In this document: positions 40,507-51,478 of the stretch, one piece after another | How positions within the stretch are numbered: the first letter of the stretch is position 1 | Layout of the letters: every line of letters starts with the position of its first letter | Source of the DNA: Naegleria gruberi | Lineage: Eukaryota | Assembly: GCA_000004985.1 (NCBI GenBank) | Contig: GG738919.1 | DNA: 64,000 nt | Direction: 5' to 3' (one strand) | Made by a program: the position numbers and the translations under genes | The notes under the pieces: generated by a model | Told to the model about the DNA's origin: nothing | Seen by the model: the letters and a program-made list of their open reading frames with translations, nothing else | The model's database searches: none

Positions 40507-42444
40507 ATGGACATTACCGTGAAAGAATCAAAGTCTACCTGGAGCCATACCTTCCCACAATTAGACACCTCGCTGACTGTTCTCAAATTTCGTGAATTAA
40601 TTGTAGAGAATCACAACCAAGCACTTCCTTCCGATGTGTGGCTTTTATCAGAAGTAACCATCATTAACGGAGGTAAATTTCTCAAGAATGATGATGAAAC
40701 TCTTGCCGATGCTAAAGTAAAAGCAAGCGTGTTAGTCTATTTGAAAAAACAACCTGCTTCATCATCAGCAGCTAGTTCTACTTCCACAACAGCAACAACC
40801 ATCACATCAAACTCTACCTCTTCAAATACTGTAAATAATAATAGCACAACCAATAGTACTGTTGGTAATAATTCACCTCCTCCTGTACAACAACAACAAT
40901 CAATTGTCGATAAACAATTGGAACAAGCACGTCGTCTTGAAAAGATCAAGTTGGCTGCTTTGGAAATGGCTAAACGATCCAATGGTGGAGATAGTCGATA
41001 TGAACAATACCACTTTGTTTTGGAAGATCAGAATGGAAATAAGATTAGATTACCAGAATCTGAAAGAGAAGCTCTCGTGGTAGGAATGATTTTGCAACAA
41101 AAGAGTGAAGAATTTATCAAGAAGAAGCAATACAGAGAAGCATTCGATTGTTTGCAAGTAGCAGATGAAGCATTCAAAAAGTTACCAATTGAATTACTTT
41201 CCATGATTGATAATTATGCAACCTTATTGATTGATATTGTTTGGGTAATGTACAAATTAAAGGATCCAACAATGCTATTTGATGCTATTCAAAGATTGCA
41301 ATTGGCTGAAAAGATTCTCAAGGCCTCACATGGTGAAAATTTGGAAAGATTAATGACAATTCAAGGTGGCAAATTTGCACAATTCCCTCTCTATTGTAAA
41401 CTATCATTATTGAAGGGAATTATTTGTTTGGAGGTTGATGATAAGAGTTCAGCAAAAGTTTATCTCGAAAAGGCCAATCAAGATTACAAAAAATTAGTTC
41501 TCGATCCAACCCTTATTGAACAAGTTGTTGGTATGGGATTTACCTATAAGGAGGCTAGAAAGGCTTTGAAAGAATGTCAAGGAAATGTGGAAAATGCACT
41601 CACTGCAATTATTGAAAAGAGAGAACTTGCCAAGAGAAGAGAAATGGAAGAATTCGAAAGAAAACAAGATAGAAAAAAGCAACTTGCATTTGGAAACACT
41701 AAGAATGGAAAGCTTGTTGATATGAAACTCTTAAAGGCTTTGCATTCTGTATTCTCTCAATTGGATGAAGAGACTATTGCTGAGGCAATCAAGATGGCTG
41801 ACAATGATGAACTTGTTTCAACCCAACTATTGTGTGATCCACAAACTTTGGAAGAGTTAGCCTATAAGGTTGAGGAAAATATTCATCACAGATATGTAGA
41901 TTATGAACAAGTTTATAACTTGTGCATGCTGGGTTTTGAAATGCAAAGTGTTGTCTTTGCTCTCAAGAAAGCACAAGGTATGGGAAATAGAGGTAAAATT
42001 GAAGAAATTGCTGTCGACATGATTATTAATGGTAAGGCAAAACCAAAGATTCAATCCAAAGATTTGGATGATATTGCTGCTTACATTATCAAAAAGTCAA
42101 CTTCTGGAACTCTCCTCTCACAACCAGCCACTACTGGTGAAAGTGCAAGCAGTGAAGTACCAAACAGCCAAGACTCGATGCTCGATGAAGGAGAGGATGA
42201 TCAACAATTTCCACCTGAAGGTGCTAGCTCTATAAATGCTCAAGAGGACGACGAATATAGCGAGGAAGATGATGAGGATGAACAAGAACCAAACACACCA
42301 CTCGATGATGTCTTTAAGAAGAAACAAGAAATGGAAGATATCATTGATGAAGAAATTGTTGAATCATTCTACAATTCTCAACAAGACGATGACTATGCAG
42401 ATGAAATGGAAGCATTGAATTTGTATCTTTCAAAGTTAAATTAA
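40507..42444 (+). CDS. NUB1-like protein: N-terminal ubiquitin-like region, central helical region, two or three UBA domains and an acidic tail.
   Basis: UBA-like segments IEQVVGMGFTYKEARKALKECQGNVENALTAII and YNLCMLGFEMQSVVFALKKAQGMGNRGKIEEIAVDMII. ATG at 40507. Confidence 0.55.
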   Translation: MDITVKESKSTWSHTFPQLDTSLTVLKFRELIVENHNQALPSDVWLLSEVTIINGGKFLKNDDETLADAKVKASVLVYLKKQPASSSAASSTSTTATTITSNSTSSNTVNNNSTTNSTVGNNSPPPVQQQQSIVDKQLEQARRLEKIKLAALEMAKRSNGGDSRYEQYHFVLEDQNGNKIRLPESEREALVVGMILQQKSEEFIKKKQYREAFDCLQVADEAFKKLPIELLSMIDNYATLLIDIVWVMYKLKDPTMLFDAIQRLQLAEKILKASHGENLERLMTIQGGKFAQFPLYCKLSLLKGIICLEVDDKSSAKVYLEKANQDYKKLVLDPTLIEQVVGMGFTYKEARKALKECQGNVENALTAIIEKRELAKRREMEEFERKQDRKKQLAFGNTKNGKLVDMKLLKALHSVFSQLDEETIAEAIKMADNDELVSTQLLCDPQTLEELAYKVEENIHHRYVDYEQVYNLCMLGFEMQSVVFALKKAQGMGNRGKIEEIAVDMIINGKAKPKIQSKDLDDIAAYIIKKSTSGTLLSQPATTGESASSEVPNSQDSMLDEGEDDQQFPPEGASSINAQEDDEYSEEDDEDEQEPNTPLDDVFKKKQEMEDIIDEEIVESFYNSQQDDDYADEMEALNLYLSKLN

Positions 42445-42501
42445 ATAATTCTTTAAAAGTAAATCAAAATATTAATGGAAAAATAATTTGGAAAAATAGA
42501 T

Positions 42502-43944
42502 TTATTTAATTAGAACATCTGATAAAGTTGAATTATTAATTATTAATTTTAACTTTTTAAACATTTCTTTGAGTTGTTTGGTTTCGTTTTCATCTTTTTT
42601 AAAAGCAATTAAAAAGTAGCCACCTGCATAAATAGAATTAACCAGATTAAATAAATTATCATCACAATGTAATGGTTGTGGAATTTTCTTATTGTCTCCA
42701 ACAATTTTCCATTTAGATCCACATATCATAACTTGATTACTTCTAGTTAAAAAGCTTGTAAAATAAAATCCACATGAAATATCTTTAAATTTCAAGTTAT
42801 TGGATTCAACCAATTTAAATACTGGCGATGCTTGATTGGTATTTATACCTAATTCACCATTTTCATTATATCCTGCACCATATACATTTCCTAACTCTGT
42901 TAATACCATTGTATGATGTATGCCTAGTGATACTTTAATTGCCTTTTCAGGAAAATCAACTTTGGTAAATACCATTAAATTAGAATCTGATCTACCCAAT
43001 TTACCATTGTCATTTCTTCCTGCAGTCCATACTTGTCCTTCCATATCTATTATCACTGAATGAGAATATGAAAAATCTGCATCCATTACCTTGTTAAATA
43101 TTAATTCAAATTTGTATAATAATTCATTTGGTTTACCTCTATTTAAATATTATTAATCAAACAATTATAGAAATAATAAACACATACAATTCACCACTTG
43201 AATTATTACCTGCAGCATATAAATTTCTATCTTTGGTAATAATAGCACAAGTATTAAATCTAGAAATTAATCTTTCAATTTGATTTAAAGGAATATGATC
43301 TGTATTTGCTTTCACAAATGTATTTGTAGATGATGCATTACCAACACCCAATTGTCCATGATTATTAAATCCAGATCCAAGGAGAGCTAATTCTCTATTA
43401 TTATAAATATTATCAATATTACTGTCAATACTATTATCATCAGTATCATATTCAACGAGAATCATACTATGATTCCATCCACATTGTGCTTGTAATATTT
43501 TAATGTTCTTTCTTTTAATATGTTCTATTATTGGATCAGTAATATCACGTAATTCACAACTACTACCACTATTAGTTGGTACTCCTTGTTCTCCTATTAT
43601 AATATTGGATTATTATGAATATTAAATAGTTTGTGATGATTACAAAGTTTACAAAATATTAACAATATATGAATTGATAATAACATACCAGTGCCATTAT
43701 AACCTGCAGAGAATAATCGATTTTGCAAAGTTACTTTATCTTGTAATAATAAAAACAAAAAATCACCACCACAACTAATACTAATAACTTTATACTTTGA
43801 ATACTTGCTTGGATCGATGATCAAATGTGTTGAATTGGATTCCTTTAAAATTTGATAACTGGTGCTCTCACCAACTCCGAATATGATTGGATCATCGTTT
43901 GCGTAAGAAGATTCCTTTGATGATGAAGAAGTTGATCGCTTCAT
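42502..43944 (-). CDS. RCC1-repeat protein, join(42502..43138,43188..43593,43689..43944). Introns of 49 and 95 nt.
   Basis: Three minus-strand ORFs joined by ACTG|GTATGT...TATAATAG|GA and GAATT|GTATGTG...AAATAG|A. Phases are consistent. RCC1 signatures GRNDNGKLG, GYNENGELG, GFNNHGQLGVG. Confidence 0.65.
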
Positions 43945-44154
43945 TTTTTTGGTTTTGATTACAATAAAATTGTTGTGCTATTTTTAAAATACATAAAGTT
44001 CATCTGTGTGGAATAATGAGCTTGTTTGAGGTCAATTACATGAAAGATGCTTAAAAAAATGATAAGATAAATGTGTAATGTTTGAAAAAAGCAAATGGCA
44101 CCGTGTTCGGAATTGTTTTATATAATTTTGCATCATAAGATAATAATATTAATA

Positions 44155-44415
44155 ATGGAATTAATTGGAATAATTAGAACAAGTAGCAAGGCTGTTAAAG
44201 CTGTATGAGCTCCAAAACTTGGAGGTGCTTTCACTCTTGTTAATACTAAAGGAGAAGTTGTTACAGATTCTGAATTTAGAGGAAAATTCATGGTCATGTA
44301 TTTTGGATTTTCTAATTGTCCTGATGTTTGTCTAACTTGAAATGAAAAAGATGAGCTCTTCAAAGAATTGAAAAGGAAAATCCAGAGTTGGCAGCCAAGA
44401 TTGTTGCAATTTTAA
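44155..44415 (+). pseudogene. SCO1: SCO1/SenC-like (cytochrome oxidase copper chaperone, thioredoxin fold) fragment with two in-frame TGA codons and a truncated C-terminus. Probable pseudogene.
   Basis: APKLGGAFTLVNTKGEVVTDSEFRGKFMVMYFGFSNCPDVC matches the SCO1 core (GGPFxLxxxxGxxxTDxxxxGKxxxxYFGFxxCPDxC). TGA at 44206-08 and 44338-40, in frame. Only weak DYLV remnants downstream. Confidence 0.5.
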
Positions 44416-44464
44416 GTAATGAATATAATATCTAGCTTTTCTAGTGGGAGAATTCTTGCTGTGA

Positions 44465-45749
44465 CTATCTGGTAACGTTTTTTGTGACATTGAACCACTG
44501 CTCAAAGAATTGTTGTACAATTCGATTTTGGAAAGAGAGTCTGTAGGGGTCATCCTTATACAACCCTTTCCTTATTATGTTCGATTTGTAAATTACTTCT
44601 GATAATTCTGTTTGAAAATCGAGTGGAAGCATAAGATGTTCAAAAGGTGTTTCAATTAATTTCTTAGCCCATTCCAATACAATCGACCTAATTGTTGAAT
44701 CTAAATTATCTATTTTTTTCAATATCAGATCATTGATTGAACCTTGCAATTGTTCAATATCAACAGAACCATCACTCTTCACAGTTTCTAATACATAACC
44801 TAAATAAACAGGCTTCATTCCAGTTACTAGAAGTATCCTGTCAATTTCATAAGTATCTGTAATATTTAGAGCTTGAAGATATTTGACACCAAAATCGCGA
44901 GAAGGTTCGAATAACTCTACAGACCTAAGCCTATCACCAGCTGATTGCAACTCTTTGGCATAACCGTCAGAAGATATGACCAACAAACCAATTCCAGTTG
45001 GGAAATTCTCTTACCATGCTAATGAACCTATTGGCTATTGGCGCGTTTCGATTAGCATTGTCAATTATGAATAAAGGACAATGCATAGATCTGAGGTTTT
45101 TAGAATGTAAGTCAATATATTTCTTGACAGTAAATTCAATATCCGACCAAGATGTTTCCTTCTCAAGCATATTCATTTGAGCTGCTATTTCTGCAATGGT
45201 TGTGGTTTCACTCAAGCTGATCAACATATAGGGATGAGGATTTAGTAATCTTATAGAATCCTCTAACATGGTGGTTTTTCCAATTCCACTCTCACCATGA
45301 AAGCCTTTCATATGTAGTTTACAATTATGCATCAACGTTAGGGTTTTTGAAAATATGTTAGAGTACTCATCATTTGGAATTAGGTTTGGATGTTCTGCAA
45401 TCTCACTCGAATACAATGTAGAATTCAGGGATACGATCCTATCTTGAATTGGATGAACCAATTCAATCTTTGTTACGCCTCCTGAATACAAGTAGCTGTA
45501 CAAACAGGCTGTGATAGCGCAGAATATGGCAACAGCATTAAGGATATTACTACAAGAAAAATCACAACAAGCAAGGTAGCTGGTTTTCCTTGCCTCCTTT
45601 TTTTTCTCTTCGTCCTTTTCAATACGGTAGTTGGAAGAAGACCCTTTGATGATAACGGAAGAATCAACGGATGTTGTTTGTTGGTCCTCAACATCCCTGC
45701 TGTTGTAAGGGAATACAGTGCTTTTAGATTGCAAGCTGTGTGTGGCCAT
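44465..45749 (-). CDS. Membrane-anchored P-loop NTPase of unknown function, join(44465..44950,45015..45749) with a 64-nt intron.
   Basis: Walker A GESGIGKTT. N-terminal TM ILNAVAIFCAITACLYSYLY. ..ISM|GTAAGA donor at 45014 and AAAGAG| acceptor link ORF 44967..45749 to ORF 44465..44986 in frame. Confidence 0.55.
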
Positions 45750-45965
45750 TTTTTTTTTGATGTAAAATCAGCCCTGTAAACAAACGGCGGTAGAGACAAC
45801 TTTCACAACCGAATAAATATTATTAATTTTGGAATTTATTAAATGGTTCTCTCTGGACGGTGACTCCTTAATATTTGAGTGGCATTCACATTCTCCCTTA
45901 ATTTTGCACTCTCCATGACCAGTGCAATTAATACTGCTATCGCAAAAAGTTGGCGTTATTTCCAA

Positions 45966-46202
45966 TTAGTCCTCAAAACCACTCGAACAAGAACAGTTAT
46001 TCAATGATATGCATGCTCCTCTCCCCGAACAAGCACTCGTATCATTTGCTCTCATTCCCTCACATATTATAATTTCCTCACCTAGCTTATTCAATTTACA
46101 TTCAATCCAAGAAGAATTTAATAAAACAAGCAGCACAGCCATCAAAGTTAAAATTATCGTAAATTTCATGGTATTGTAACATTGTTTGGTGATGCTGGGC
46201 AT
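45966..46202 (-). CDS. Small secreted EGF-like Cys-rich protein. An in-frame TAA at 45966-68 is followed by a further in-frame EGF-like ORF down to 45768.
   Basis: Signal peptide MKFTIILTLMAVLLVLL. CSGRGACISLNNCSCSSGF. After the TAA: CDSSINCTGHGECKIKGECECH in the same frame. Confidence 0.45.
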   Translation of the reverse strand: MPSITKQCYNTMKFTIILTLMAVLLVLLNSSWIECKLNKLGEEIIICEGMRANDTSACSGRGACISLNNCSCSSGFED

Positions 46203-46667
46203 CGCCACTAATTGGTGCTCAGAAAAATTCTATCCAAAATTTGTCTATTTGTGACCATCCTTATCTACACCACTTGAGTTTCATTCTCATTTGTTCGGCA
46301 TTGAGTGGTAAGAAGCATTTGGTCTTTTTTCATAAGTCTCCTGAATTCTGGAAGTGTAACTGTTTCACAATTAGAAAGAAATTTAATTGCACCTAAGCAA
46401 GAAATTACGACCACAAGGTTCTTGTGCTACTGATCTAGACCAGCTACGGATCAACTTTTGAAGAAATTTATTTTGAGGGTCAAAATCAGCTTTAAAATCA
46501 TTTAAGACTCCAAATGATTTTGATTATTCATTAACTCGAATTGCCACTTGTGTTTCTGTTCAGGAACATTTTAATATTGGCTTTCAATACGACAATAATA
46601 TAATACTTTTTTCTGATAAAAGTACCGTAGTTGGTTCACCAAAGTTCAAACAAAAAACTCAAAAAAA

Positions 46668-47897
46668 ATGTTCTCACATTCAAACGATGTTGTCGATCGG
46701 CTAAATCCTGAAGAGCAATTAGCCTTGGTCACCTACCTCATCAATACAAAATTCAATTATGAGCAAAAGAAACACCTCCGACAATTATTGAATGCCTACA
46801 CTCTCTTGGCTGAATCAGATGTTATCTATGAGGTGTTTTCCTTCATTGATTTTAAAGAATTGATCAATTTGAGATTGTGTAGCCGAAAATTCAATCAATT
46901 CATCATGAGTGATGATTATTGGAGTCGAGTGTTTAATAGATATTTTAGCAATCAAGTGGCTCCTCAATCAGGAGGAATATTTAACAGATTTATTGAAGGT
47001 TAGTATTCGTAATATTTCACAACATGAAAGATTACATAAATATTTAAAGAATTGAAGAAATCACTCAGATTCAGGTTGGAACCTCTTCATGGACAGTACA
47101 TGTGGAACAAAACTTGGACCTTCCCAGATGATAATCCTTTGAAAATTGTCACATTCCAAGCAAAAGCTCAAAATGATATTCACATTAGTTTGGCAACTTC
47201 TCCACTCGTTACTAGTCCAATGTATGAGATTGTGATTGGTGGTTGGGGAAATGGTCAAAGTGTTATTAGAAGAGAAGCTCAGGGAGGAGCTTGGGCAAGT
47301 ATTGGACATCATCCCTGTAATCCTGATCAATTTTTGGATTATTGGGTCTGTCTCAACTCTGATTCTGGATGCATTTCTTGTGGAGCTGGTAAAACAGTTG
47401 GAGAACAACAATTTATGATTTTATCAGATAGTAATGTCTTGAATGTCAAGTGTGTTGGATTTACCACTTGGGATAAGCCTATTGAATACAGAAATGTGAA
47501 AACTAACTCAATTACACCATCAAGTTATGAATTTTACCTGCAATTTGGAAGTCTATTATGGCTACCAATGGTAGTCAATTCTGATGTCTTGGTTTTCAAC
47601 GTGAAACAGGGACGACACAATCTCACAATTCAATTCTCATCATTGTACAGTACCACTGAGATTTCATTTCCTACAAAATCAAAACAGAAGAAAGGAAATT
47701 GGATCAGATATTATCTTGTCTGTAGTGGAAATAGAGTTGCGAGTTATGTTGGAGAAGATGATGATAAATCAATTCCAAAACTTTATGAAACTAAACAAAT
47801 TCCAAACAATTGTTCTCAATTTGGGTTCAATTGTGATGTGGTCAATTTTAATAGAATATCATTGGAAGATTTCGGAAAACAACTCAATAAAAAGTAA
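46668..47897 (+). CDS. F-box protein, join(46668..46998,47050..47897) with a 51-nt intron.
   Basis: F-box VIYEVFSFIDFKELINLRLCSRKFNQFIMSDDYWSRVF. ..GAAG|GTTAGT donor and TTTAAAG| acceptor keep the frame into ORF 47052..47897 (whose M is a TTG). Confidence 0.6.
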
Positions 47898-48275
47898 GAT
47901 TCGCAGGTTGACCATATTATTACTGTAGTCATTGTATAAAAAACATAGTTCAAAGATAACAATAGCATCATTTACAATAGGAACTGTCACGCTATTAAGT
48001 TCTTTACCAACCAAACTTCCACATCCACGTATTGAGTGTTTCTATCTCTCCTATCGAACAACCATTCAAATAACAATTATTCTCACCATAAAAGTCAATC
48101 ACGATGAAATCATTAAATAACATAGCAAAAAAATAGCACAACTTGTCCCTTCATTTTCCCTCCAAAAATAATAAGCGCTCCGAGTAGTATTTTGAGCGTT
48201 TTTGGATCGTTATTGATCATCATAAGATCTTTGAAAAAACAATTAAACAAGGAAGATCAGAGTGTGTGAGAGAAA

Positions 48276-49280
48276 ATGGGTATGTTCCACAGTACGAGTG
48301 GAAAGTGGGGTTATAATCTGCACCAGAAGAAAACTTCCTATGAGTTGAGCAAGGAAGTGGCCATTCAATTGTTGAAGGAAGAACAACGTCTTCGGAGATT
48401 GTCCTCTACTCAACAGTCATACACGGAAGCTGATACGAATTTTAGAATGCTCGAGAATATTACCTATGATTTGCAAGAGAAGGCTTTGCAGAATGTATTG
48501 GGCATTGATCATTCGGATCCAATGTGGCATGAAGCATTGATTGCCTTTAGAAATTTGAGAGCAATTTATCAAAATGATCCTGATGTGAATCAATTAACAG
48601 ATTATTTCAAGTATGACATGTCTAGAGATTTCTTTGTTCAAAAGGTTAATTTGGAAACTATCAAGATTGTAGACTTGCTTGGTTATTATGATTTTGAGAA
48701 GGAGATTAATAATTTTGATCAAATGCCTAGCTCTGAAGAATTAGTTGCAAATAATACGAAAACATTGGCTCAATTTTTAACAGAAAGAAATACCAATAAC
48801 TTACCAGTTGCAATTATTGGAAGCTCATACTCCTGACCACCGTTTAGACAACACCAGCAATATCTCTTTGAAAGTATCTTCCAAGAATTCAAAGAGAAGG
48901 TGTTTGTCATTACCATTTATATTAAGGAAGCCCACGCTTGTGACCAATGGAAATTAGGAAACAGAATTAATATCAAACAACATCAAACAAGTGAAGATAG
49001 AGTAGATGCCACTAGATTAATGATGAAGGAAATGAATTTCAGAATTCCAACCATTGTCGATTCTATTGAGAATGGTTATGAGGAAGCTTTTGCAGTTTGG
49101 CCTGAAAAGTTTGTCATTATGAACAATAATGGAATAGTCGAGTATCAATCCAAACCAGAAACATATGGACATTCTCCAACAAAATTCCGTGAATTGATTG
49201 AACTTTATTTGAGTCGTACTAATCCTCCTTCTGATAAGGCTAGTACAACTACTCCTTCTGATCTTGGTCAAGTTTTGTAA
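48276..49280 (+). CDS. Iodothyronine-deiodinase-like selenoprotein (thioredoxin fold), 334 aa. The in-frame TGA at 48834-48836 is a selenocysteine codon.
   Basis: ORFs 48276..48836 and 48900..49280 share one frame and are separated only by the TGA. ..PVAIIGSSYS-U-PPF.. then ..VFVITIYIKEAHACDQW.. matches the deiodinase active site (NFGSCT-U-PPF ... YIEEAHxxDGW). Confidence 0.7.
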
Positions 49281-49288
49281 CTTGCATG

Positions 49289-49364
49289 CTTGTTAGAGTG
49301 TGTGACATTGACTCAAACAAATCACACGAATGTGAATCCAAGTCAATTGAAATTCTCTTACAAC
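49289..49364 (+). promoter_or_regulatory. Candidate type-II SECIS element in the 3'UTR of the deiodinase-like gene.
   Basis: Helix I CTTGTTAGAG / CTCTTACAA. Quartet (G)UGAC opposite UGAA. Helix II ATTGACT / AGTCAAT. Unpaired AAA at 49315-17. Helix III TCACA-cgaa-TGTGA. Non-canonical G instead of A before the UGA. Confidence 0.4.
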
Positions 49365-49481
49365 ATCCATTTACTAACCTTGTGTCAAGAAATAAATGTA
49401 CATTTGATAATATTTATTTAACATTGAGGATTATTTACATTATGTATTTTGTTTATACTACTAGAATAAAGATTTCAATCT

Positions 49482-49727
49482 TTAATTTTGAGATTTGGAA
49501 TCCTTATCTGGTTTTCTATATTGTTGTTCGAAAGATTTAATCTTATTCCACACTTGCTCAGTTGACCATTTATTTCCTTCTTCCTTTTCTTCACTTGATT
49601 TATTCAATTCCTCTTCTTTATGATTTGTTGAACAAGATGAGGGTTTCACATCTTCTACAAATTTCTCAACATCATACTTGTGGTAAATGTACATTCCAGA
49701 TGCAACTCCTGCCATAAAACTGAACAT
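49482..49727 (-). CDS. Small (81 aa) protein with an N-terminal hydrophobic segment, hypothetical.
   Basis: ATG at 49727. MFSFMAGVASGMYIYHKY then a charged tail. The ORF track starts at an upstream TTG. Confidence 0.35.
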   Translation of the reverse strand: MFSFMAGVASGMYIYHKYDVEKFVEDVKPSSCSTNHKEEELNKSSEEKEEGNKWSTEQVWNKIKSFEQQYRKPDKDSKSQN

Positions 49728-50512
49728 TTTCAATATGATGTTTTGTTGTTGTTATTAAATTTAACTTGTATTTGTTTTTTTTTGTTGAGATTATTGGAAT
49801 ATTCAAGTTTACTCTATTTATAGTCAACTTTGTAAAATTGATTGAATAAAAAGAAATATTGTCAAGTTGATGATTCAAATCAAAATGGTTGTTGTTTGTT
49901 TGTCTGTTCACTAGTACATGTAGTTGATTGAATAATTTTAGGAACATGTGTTTTGATTAAATGTTTTTTTGATTATAGCATTTAACCATTTTCAAATAAT
50001 ATATATTGTTGGATTTTTGCAACTTTGAAGAAAGATTGCAAATATTTAACCAATGAGAAACAGTACATGAGCAGGACACTTGACAATTATCATGAATTTA
50101 AGTTATGTTTAAATGATTGTAAAATTTCAGAATTATTCATTCAATTAGGGTTTAATATGTTTGTTTTAGAATTGTGCATGATGTGAACTCATGTCTCCCA
50201 ATAAACACCTCTGAAAGTTTATTCTAGTAAGTAAACATGAATTTGGAAGCAACAAAATGGTTTCGTATACTTTTTATTCCGCCACTTTTTTGTCATTTCA
50301 ATGATAATGAAAGTAAACTGCACATTGACAAAGATTTGGTACATTAATGTATGGTAATTTCGAGTTTCCATAAATGTATTTTTCAAAACCGAAAGTTGAT
50401 TGGAGAGATAATATTGAAACCTAACAAAATACAAAACTAGCAATTTTTAAGAACGCAGTCATCGTATTGAGATACGTAGTAGGACTAAAAAGATTAGAAA
50501 AAACATCTCAAC

Positions 50513-51070
50513 ATGTATTCGAATGCAAACTACTGTCGTGTCACTATCAGACAAGATGTACCTGCTTCATCTTACAATGACAATTGGCAACCATGTATAC
50601 CAGATCCAGTTATTGTTCCACAACAAAGAAATCAACAATACTTGGTTTCTACAAGTGCTGCTAATGGACTTTCGAATAATGATGAGTTTCTTTCAATGTT
50701 TGCAACACTTCAACTTGATTCACAAGAGAAATTAATTAGATTGTATACCTTGATCTTTCAATTACAACAACAAGCAAACATTGCTACTAGTCCTGCTTAT
50801 CAACAAGATAAAGTTTCTACAGACGAAACCATTCCTCCAGTTTCTTCCATTTCACAAAACCCCCAAACAAATGAAAGCAGCACCAGCACCTTCTCCTCAT
50901 GCTTTACAACATCCACCTCTCCAATCATCCAACATTCCAATCAAGTTTCCTCCAAAATCACCAAGCCATCCAAAATGAAAAACCAAAACCCTCAAAAACT
51001 CTCAAAACCACAAAAATCTCAAAAACCAGAAAAATACACAGAATTGTGTTCTTCATTTCGATCTATTTAA
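50513..51070 (+). CDS. Hypothetical S/T/Q-rich low-complexity protein.
   Basis: ATG at 50513. An overlapping downstream ORF in another frame (50899..51186) carries an AT-hook KRKRGRPRKG. Confidence 0.35.
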   Translation: MYSNANYCRVTIRQDVPASSYNDNWQPCIPDPVIVPQQRNQQYLVSTSAANGLSNNDEFLSMFATLQLDSQEKLIRLYTLIFQLQQQANIATSPAYQQDKVSTDETIPPVSSISQNPQTNESSTSTFSSCFTTSTSPIIQHSNQVSSKITKPSKMKNQNPQKLSKPQKSQKPEKYTELCSSFRSI

Positions 51071-51238
51071 AGTTCGAGATGAAAACGATTGAATCCTATC
51101 AGAGAGAATTGGACTTGAAGAATAGTCAACCAAAGAGAAAAAGGGGAAGACCAAGAAAGGGATTTTATCAAGATGAAAGGGAGTGATGTTTTCCTGAAAG
51201 TTTAGGGCAATAAAAAAAAATTTATTCGAAACTTATTC

Positions 51239-51478
51239 TTAATCTTTCTTCTTCATATAGGAATTATTAAACAAGGTCAAATGACTCTGATAAATACGAA
51301 ATCCAAGTTTATCTACAAACTTGTTCAAAACCTTCTTGTAATCATCGTGGGATTTAATGCAAAAATGGAAAGAATTAGTTACAAGTGAGAGAAAGTAGAA
51401 ACAATTCAAATCAGTTGTGTGATCCAAAGTGGAGAGTCTTTCCAATACTTGTTTCAACATTTCGTCCAAGAATTTCAT
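51239..51478 (-). CDS. 79-aa ORF directly abutting the upstream gene in the -1 frame. Either a separate small gene or a frameshifted C-terminal extension.
   Basis: MKFLDEMLKQVLERLSTLDHTTDLNCFYFLSLV.. is protein-like. There is no GT in the junction, so an intron is excluded. Confidence 0.3.
   Translation of the reverse strand: MKFLDEMLKQVLERLSTLDHTTDLNCFYFLSLVTNSFHFCIKSHDDYKKVLNKFVDKLGFRIYQSHLTLFNNSYMKKKD

Noticed and set aside
44133-44553. Minus-strand ORFs 44133..44363 and 44332..44553.
   Set aside because: They lie antisense to the much better supported SCO1-like plus-strand homology and have no features of their own.
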